This document shows positions 58,975 to 64,000 of a stretch of 64,000 nt of DNA, piece by piece (within the stretch, counting starts at the first letter, position 1; each line of letters starts with the position of its first letter). The notes under the pieces were generated by a model. The model searched no databases and had not been told where the DNA came from. It saw nothing but the letters and a program-made list of their open reading frames with translations. The position numbers were made by a program, and so were the translations under genes. The DNA comes from an uncultured Arcobacteraceae bacterium (lineage in GTDB: Bacteria; Campylobacterota; Campylobacteria; Campylobacterales; Arcobacteraceae): NCBI GenBank assembly GCA_964022095.1, contig CAXHZO010000007.1, positions 1-64,000 on the forward strand, given 5' to 3'.

Positions 58975-58993
58975 CATTGCAATTTCATTGCAA
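58975..58993 (-). promoter_or_regulatory. Tandem direct repeat TTGCAATG-AAA-TTGCAATG (OmpR/PhoB-type box) upstream of the giant lipoprotein
   Basis: Perfect 8-mers at 11-bp period, 9 nt upstream of minus-strand TATAAT (58965-58960). Confidence 0.65.
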
Positions 58994-59077
58994 AAATTCC
59001 AATAAAGATATTTATATTGTTTATTGATGATTAACTTTTAGTGTATATAATAAAATATATAATTTATAGGAAATATA

Positions 59078-59476
59078 ATGTTTTTAATGAAACTACAATC
59101 AAAAGAGAAATTCTCTTTTTTACAGTTAGCACACTATTTAGCTAGAGTTGATGATGTTTATGGACAAAAAGAAGAAGAGATAATTTTAGAGTATTGTACT
59201 GAAATGGGTATAGAAAACTTTGATTCTTTTGATAAAGATACTTTTTCTTTAGATGATATTTTAAATGATTTTAAAAGTAGTGTTAGTAAGAAAATTGTTG
59301 TTTTAGAATTAATGATATTAATTCATATTGACTCAAAATATCACAAAAAAGAGAAAGAGTTAATAGAAAAAATTATTAAAAATTTCAAACTAAGTGATAT
59401 TGAGATGCAAAAGTACTCTAAGTGGGGAGAATCTGTGGCAATTTTGAATGAAGAGGGAAAAAATTATATAAAATAA
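59078..59476 (+). CDS. TerB-like (tellurite resistance fold) protein
   Basis: LAHYLARVD..EEEI and LIHID..YHKKE duplicated acidic helix motifs. Confidence 0.75.
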   Translation: MFLMKLQSKEKFSFLQLAHYLARVDDVYGQKEEEIILEYCTEMGIENFDSFDKDTFSLDDILNDFKSSVSKKIVVLELMILIHIDSKYHKKEKELIEKIIKNFKLSDIEMQKYSKWGESVAILNEEGKNYIK

Positions 59477-59531
59477 TAAAAAAGACAAAAATTATATTGA
59501 ATTGTAGGAAATTTTAGGTAGAATTCCTTTT

Positions 59532-59732
59532 ATGGAACTAATAGAAACATTAAATAGTAAAATTGATAAATTATTACACGAGTATGAAAAGTTGAAGCTA
59601 GAAAATATGAATTTAAAGCAGGAACTTGATACTTTAAAAAATGATAATGATGAATTAGTTCGAAATAATCAAGATATGTTTCTAAGAATAGATAGTACAC
59701 TAACATTAAAAAAGGCTAGAAAAGGTGAGTAA
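59532..59732 (+). CDS. ZapB-like coiled-coil protein
   Basis: 66 aa, LNSKIDKLL..EKLKLEN..LK heptads resembling ZapB/DUF904. Confidence 0.65.
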   Translation: MELIETLNSKIDKLLHEYEKLKLENMNLKQELDTLKNDNDELVRNNQDMFLRIDSTLTLKKARKGE

Positions 59733-59934
59733 GCAAGCGACATTTCATATTAATAATATGGCTTATACTGTTAACTTAGATGAAGACGTCTTAGAACACC
59801 TTAGTAAGTATTTAGATTTAGATAAGAATAATGATACAAAAGATTTATTAGGTGCATACATAAAGCTATCTCATGAATTCAAAACTTTTAAAAAAGATAT
59901 AGAACAAGTTACAGATAAACTTTCAAGGTTTTAA
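59725..59934 (+). CDS. Small protein, possibly ZapA-like
   Basis: Beta-hairpin-like TFHINNMAYTV then helices; overlaps the zapB-like gene. Confidence 0.5.
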   Translation: MSKQATFHINNMAYTVNLDEDVLEHLSKYLDLDKNNDTKDLLGAYIKLSHEFKTFKKDIEQVTDKLSRF

Positions 59935-59935
59935 A

Positions 59936-60367
59936 ATCAAAGCATTTTCTTTACTTGAAATAACAATAGTTATTCTTTTAATAGGCATAATAATAACTTT
60001 TGCTTTACCAAATTTTTCAAATATTAATAATCAATCAAATTTAGCAAAATTAAAATCGCAAGTTACACAATTAAATGATTCTATAAATAAATATAAAACA
60101 GAAAAATTGCTTCTAAATGAAAATAATGAAATAACGACTTTAGATGATGCAATTAGTAATCAAATTAATCAAGAACTATTTACTAAGTTTTTAGATGAAA
60201 AAATACTTTCAACAACAAATACCGTAAATAAAAGTGGATTTTGGATTAAAATGGATAATAAAAACTACTCTTTTATAATTTCAAAGGATGAAAAAATCAA
60301 TTTTACTTTAGAAAATTCAACTTTTAAATGTGTTAGTGATATAAAATTATGTCAGAGGCTTTACTAA
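59936..60367 (+). CDS. Prepilin-type N-terminal methylation (pseudopilin) protein, probable ATC start
   Basis: The frame upstream of the tracked 60107 ORF reads KAFSLLEITIVILLIGIIITFALP (class III signal); no ATG/GTG/TTG after the in-frame stop at 59900. Confidence 0.8.
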   Translation: MKAFSLLEITIVILLIGIIITFALPNFSNINNQSNLAKLKSQVTQLNDSINKYKTEKLLLNENNEITTLDDAISNQINQELFTKFLDEKILSTTNTVNKSGFWIKMDNKNYSFIISKDEKINFTLENSTFKCVSDIKLCQRLY

Positions 60368-62214
60368 TGTATTATTATGAACTAGCACTATTAAAGTCTC
60401 CACTTGATAATCTAACATATCAAAGCCAGAACTCTTTATCAAAAGGTGATAAAGTACTTGTAAAACTTCAAAATAGAAAAGTACTAAATGAAGCAGTTGT
60501 TATAAAGGAGGTTGAAAAACCAACTTTTAAATGTAGTGATATTCAAGAATTCACTGATGAATTTTATGATGAGAAAATGCTTTTAGTAGCTCATTTTATA
60601 TCTCAATATTATGTTTGTAGTTTAGGTGAAGCTTTAAGTATTTATACTTCGTTTAATAAAAACATACAAAAAGATACTGCTACAGTTATTTTTGATAGTA
60701 AAATTGAACTCTCACCTAAGCAAACAAAAGCAGTAGAGTTTTTAGATAAAAAGAAACAAGCCTTACTATTTGCAAATACGGGTTCTGGGAAAACGGAAAT
60801 CTATATAAAAACTATTGAAAAACATCTAAATGAAAATAAACAAGCAATTTTACTTATGCCAGAGATTTCATTAACTCCTCAAATGCAAAAAAGATTAGAA
60901 AAAGTTTTTGGTTCTAGTGTTGCTATTTGGCACTCAAAAATTACAAAAAAGAAAAAATCTGAGATTTTAACTGCACTACAAGAGGGAAAAATAAAACTTA
61001 TTGCAGGTGCAAGATCTGCACTTTTTTTACCTTTTAATAATCTTGGAGTTATAGTTGTTGATGAAGAGCATGATGATTCATATAAAAGTGATTCAAAACC
61101 AAGATATCATGCAAAAGACTTAGCTATTTATATGGCAAAAAAGTTTGATATTCAGTTGATATTAGGAAGTGCAACTGTTAGTTCTACTTCATTTAATAAA
61201 GTGCCTTACTTCAGACTTGATGAAACTTTTTATGATACAAGTAAAAACTATATATTTGATGATAGTGATGCAAACATATCATTAAAGGTTTTTAATAAAA
61301 TAAAATCAACATTACAATCAGACAATCAAGTTATTATTTTTTTACCTACAAGAGCAAACTTTAAATATCAAATTTGTACTTCATGTGGAAAATCAGTTGA
61401 GTGCCCATACTGTTCTGTCTCTATGAGTTTACACAAAAATGATTTAGCTTTAAAATGCCATTATTGTGGATATACACAACAAATACCAGATACTTGTCCC
61501 TCTTGTAATCATGGAGTAATTCATAATTTACGTGTTGGAACTGCTCAAATTGAGGAAGAGTTAAAAGGACACTTCCCCGATAAAACTATAAAAAGATTTG
61601 ATAGAGACCAAATAAAAACAGATAAACAGTTAAAGACAGTATTAAATGAGTTTAATGATGGGAAAATTGATATCTTAGTTGGAACGCAAATGCTATCAAA
61701 AGGTCATGATTATCATAATGTAAAACTTGCAGTTGTTTTAGGAATAGACTCTATTTTAAATATGAACTCCTATAAATCAAGGGAAAAAGCTCTTTCTCTT
61801 TTGATTCAAATTTCAGGAAGAAGTGGTAGAAAAGGCCAAGGTGAAGTTGTAGTTCAAACTAAAAATGAAGAGTTTTTCCAACACTATTTATGTAATTCAA
61901 ATTATGAAGAGTTTTTACAAGAGGAATTAGAGTTTAGAAAAGATTTTTATCCTCCTTTTATGAAAATGTCAAAGGTTACTTTTGCCCATGCAAATGGTTT
62001 AAAAGTAAAAGATGAGCTTGATAAATATGTAAAAATATTTAAATCAATGGAAAATATTGAAGTTGTTGGTTTTGGTCAAAGTCCTATTTTTAAAATGGCA
62101 AATAAGTTTAGATATGAAGTAATTTTAAGATCTACGAATGTTAAGGCATTATTAACTGCACTTCATAGTATCAATAGCACACTAGCTACTATAGATATGG
62201 ATACTATTTATTAA
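60367..62214 (+). CDS. priA: Primosomal protein N' (replication restart helicase)
   Basis: NTGSGKTEIY, PEISLTPQ, VDEEHD, four CxxC pairs, GTQMLSKGHD, QISGRSGR. Confidence 0.96.
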   Translation: MYYYELALLKSPLDNLTYQSQNSLSKGDKVLVKLQNRKVLNEAVVIKEVEKPTFKCSDIQEFTDEFYDEKMLLVAHFISQYYVCSLGEALSIYTSFNKNIQKDTATVIFDSKIELSPKQTKAVEFLDKKKQALLFANTGSGKTEIYIKTIEKHLNENKQAILLMPEISLTPQMQKRLEKVFGSSVAIWHSKITKKKKSEILTALQEGKIKLIAGARSALFLPFNNLGVIVVDEEHDDSYKSDSKPRYHAKDLAIYMAKKFDIQLILGSATVSSTSFNKVPYFRLDETFYDTSKNYIFDDSDANISLKVFNKIKSTLQSDNQVIIFLPTRANFKYQICTSCGKSVECPYCSVSMSLHKNDLALKCHYCGYTQQIPDTCPSCNHGVIHNLRVGTAQIEEELKGHFPDKTIKRFDRDQIKTDKQLKTVLNEFNDGKIDILVGTQMLSKGHDYHNVKLAVVLGIDSILNMNSYKSREKALSLLIQISGRSGRKGQGEVVVQTKNEEFFQHYLCNSNYEEFLQEELEFRKDFYPPFMKMSKVTFAHANGLKVKDELDKYVKIFKSMENIEVVGFGQSPIFKMANKFRYEVILRSTNVKALLTALHSINSTLATIDMDTIY

Positions 62215-62274
62215 ATTTAATCTTATATTTTCTTACATTATTGTATAATCGCCACAAAATTTATAGGAGACATA

Positions 62275-63462
62275 ATGGCTTATACAAAAGAAGATTTTAA
62301 AAAATTAATAGAAGATATTCAAGCTCAAGGTTGGTACAAAAACCCTATTGGTTTCGGTATTGCAAGAGTAGATAGAGGACAGTTAAATTCTGACAAAATA
62401 TTACAAGCAACTTACCCATTAATAAACTGGAAAGAAAACTACGGAAGCGCAGCAGTTTTATTAAATGCATTAAAAGAAGCTGGAGAAGATGTTGATACAT
62501 CAAAATCAGAATTAGTTTTAAACATTTCAGATAAATTCTTAGCATCATGCGTTGAAGCATTTAGACCATATATTCCTGAAGCAAAAGGTGAAGATCACAA
62601 AAATGTTCAAGTTATTTCAACATTAGCTTCATTACCAATTGATTCTGGACTTACTGCTGATGATTATAAAGTGGTATTTATTTTTGAAGATGAAACTGTA
62701 AACTCTGTTGAAGCAGCATACTTAAAATTATATGCTCTTTCAACTGGAAAAGCAGCTTTAAGAAGTTTAAACTTAAATGGAATCTTTGGAGCATTACATA
62801 ATGTTGCATGGGTTGGTAATCAACCAATCGAATTAGACTGGTTAAGAGCAAATGAAATTGCATTAAAATTATCAGGAAAATATCCTACAATTGATATGGT
62901 AGATAAATTCCCAAGATTCTTATCTCATGTAATTCCTGCAGATAACACAAGAATCTTAGAAACATCAAAAGTTAGAATGGGTGCTCAATTAGCAGCTGGT
63001 ACAACTGTAATGCCTGGTGCTGCTTACATTAACTTTAATGCTGGTACTGAAGGTTCAGTTATGGTTGAAGGAAGAATTTCTTCTTCTGCTGTTGTTGGTG
63101 CTGGTTCTGATGTTGGTGGTGGTGCTTCGATTCTTGGTGTATTATCAGGAACAGATGGAGTGCCAGTATCTATTGGAGAAAACACATTATTAGGTGCTAA
63201 CTCTTGTACTGGTACTGCTATTGGAGATTCTTGTATCTTAGATGCTGGTGTAACAATTTTACCAGGAACTAAAATTACATTATCTGAAAAAGCTGTTGCT
63301 GCTTTAAAGGAAATTAACCCAGATAAAGAGATTTCTACTTCAATGAAAGGTAGTGATTTCTTAGGAGTAAATGGAGTTCACTTTAGAGTTAACTCAACAA
63401 CTGGTCAAACAATTGCAATGAGATCAACTAGAGAAGTTAAATTAAACGCTGATTTACACTAG
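62275..63462 (+). CDS. dapD: Tetrahydrodipicolinate N-succinyltransferase
   Basis: AYLKLYALS, VDKFPR, VRMGAQLAAGTTVM, INFNAGT, VEGRISS, GGGASILGVLSG, C-terminal LNADLH. Confidence 0.95.
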   Translation: MAYTKEDFKKLIEDIQAQGWYKNPIGFGIARVDRGQLNSDKILQATYPLINWKENYGSAAVLLNALKEAGEDVDTSKSELVLNISDKFLASCVEAFRPYIPEAKGEDHKNVQVISTLASLPIDSGLTADDYKVVFIFEDETVNSVEAAYLKLYALSTGKAALRSLNLNGIFGALHNVAWVGNQPIELDWLRANEIALKLSGKYPTIDMVDKFPRFLSHVIPADNTRILETSKVRMGAQLAAGTTVMPGAAYINFNAGTEGSVMVEGRISSSAVVGAGSDVGGGASILGVLSGTDGVPVSIGENTLLGANSCTGTAIGDSCILDAGVTILPGTKITLSEKAVAALKEINPDKEISTSMKGSDFLGVNGVHFRVNSTTGQTIAMRSTREVKLNADLH

Positions 63463-63480
63463 TTTTTAATTCTTAAGATA

Positions 63481-63516
63481 AAAAAGGCGATGAGTTTTCA
63501 CTCATTGCCTTTTTTT
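63481..63516 (+). terminator. Rho-independent terminator after dapD
   Basis: AAAAAGGCGATGAG-TTTTCA-CTCATTGCCTTTTTTT. Confidence 0.88.
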
Positions 63517-63588
63517 ATAAATATATACATATATTTATAGTGATTATTAAATTATTATTATATAATCATGAAAAACAATAGGCTTAAT

Positions 63589-64000
63589 ATGTATAAAATG
63601 TTCTCTTTATTAATGGTAGTATTTTTAATAGGCTGTGGAGGAAGTGGAGGAAGCAGTTCATCTTCGAGAATTTTTGCTTTTGATACAAATACTACTTGGC
63701 AGATTCAATTAGATAACACAAGCGGAATAAATACCTCTTATAATGTAGAAGTATATGAGTTTGATCTTTTTGATAATAGTACAGATTTAATAACACAATT
63801 AAAAAATGATGGAAAAAAAGTAATATGTTATTTTAGTGCTGGTAGTTATGAAGACTGGCGTAGTGATGAAAGCAGTTTTCCTCAAACTGTTTTAGGTAAT
63901 GATTTAGATGGTTGGCCTGGTGAAAAATGGCTTGATATTTCAAGTGATTTGATTAAACCTATCATGACAGCAAGACTTGATGTAGCAGTTTCAAAAGGCT
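63589..64000 (+). CDS. GH114 endo-alpha-1,4-polygalactosaminidase-like lipoprotein (runs off the window)
   Basis: Own translation: lipobox LIGC, TWQIQL, YEFDLFD, KVICYFSAGSYEDWRSD, DGWPGEKWLDI, ARLDVAVSKG; alternative in-frame ATG at 63568. Confidence 0.88.
   Translation, partial: MYKMFSLLMVVFLIGCGGSGGSSSSSRIFAFDTNTTWQIQLDNTSGINTSYNVEVYEFDLFDNSTDLITQLKNDGKKVICYFSAGSYEDWRSDESSFPQTVLGNDLDGWPGEKWLDISSDLIKPIMTARLDVAVSKG

Noticed and set aside
7293-62863. Short overlapping or antisense ORFs in the track (e.g. 7293-7478, 8430-8678, 20606-21013, 42525-42920, 52911-53345)
   Set aside because: They lie within well-supported genes on another frame or strand and show no recognisable motifs; treated as shadows.
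1-64000. CRISPR array, rRNA or tRNA genes, prophage
   Set aside because: No regularly spaced repeats, GC-rich structured RNA segments or phage genes seen; intergenic regions are short and AT-rich.

Overview
A very AT-rich bacterial window whose gene content and protein style point to Campylobacterota, most likely Arcobacteraceae (inference). About 1-41 kb is a hydrogen/nickel region. It has two tandem group-1 [NiFe] uptake hydrogenase operons (hydBCD plus a hydE-like gene, then hydABCD), hypF, an ECF-type Ni/Co importer (DUF4198-cbiM-cbiL-like-cbiQ-cbiO) and hypBCD(ATPase)EA. A type I restriction-modification cassette with a YhcG nuclease and several orphan signalling or housekeeping genes interrupt it. 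The rest holds a frameshifted diguanylate cyclase, livKHMGF, a 7TM-DISM two-component system, a 2878-aa mosaic surface lipoprotein, zapB/zapA-like genes, a pseudopilin, priA, dapD and a partial GH114 gene. Best candidate for an undescribed system: an IS1595-type transposase derivative that keeps its Zn-ribbon/HTH but appears to lack the DDE core. It is divergent from the Ni-import operon, and a 22-bp quasi-palindrome in that promoter recurs (21/22 identical, near-identical spacing to a -10 box) 11.7 kb away in front of hypB. This suggests a domesticated transposase acting as a nickel/hydrogenase-maturation regulator. Other notable items: a second operator shared by hydA2 and hypB, two genes that seem to need non-canonical (ATT/ATC) starts, an A9 homopolymer frameshift, and several 11-bp-period direct-repeat boxes. 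All family assignments come from motif recognition by eye; no searches were run.
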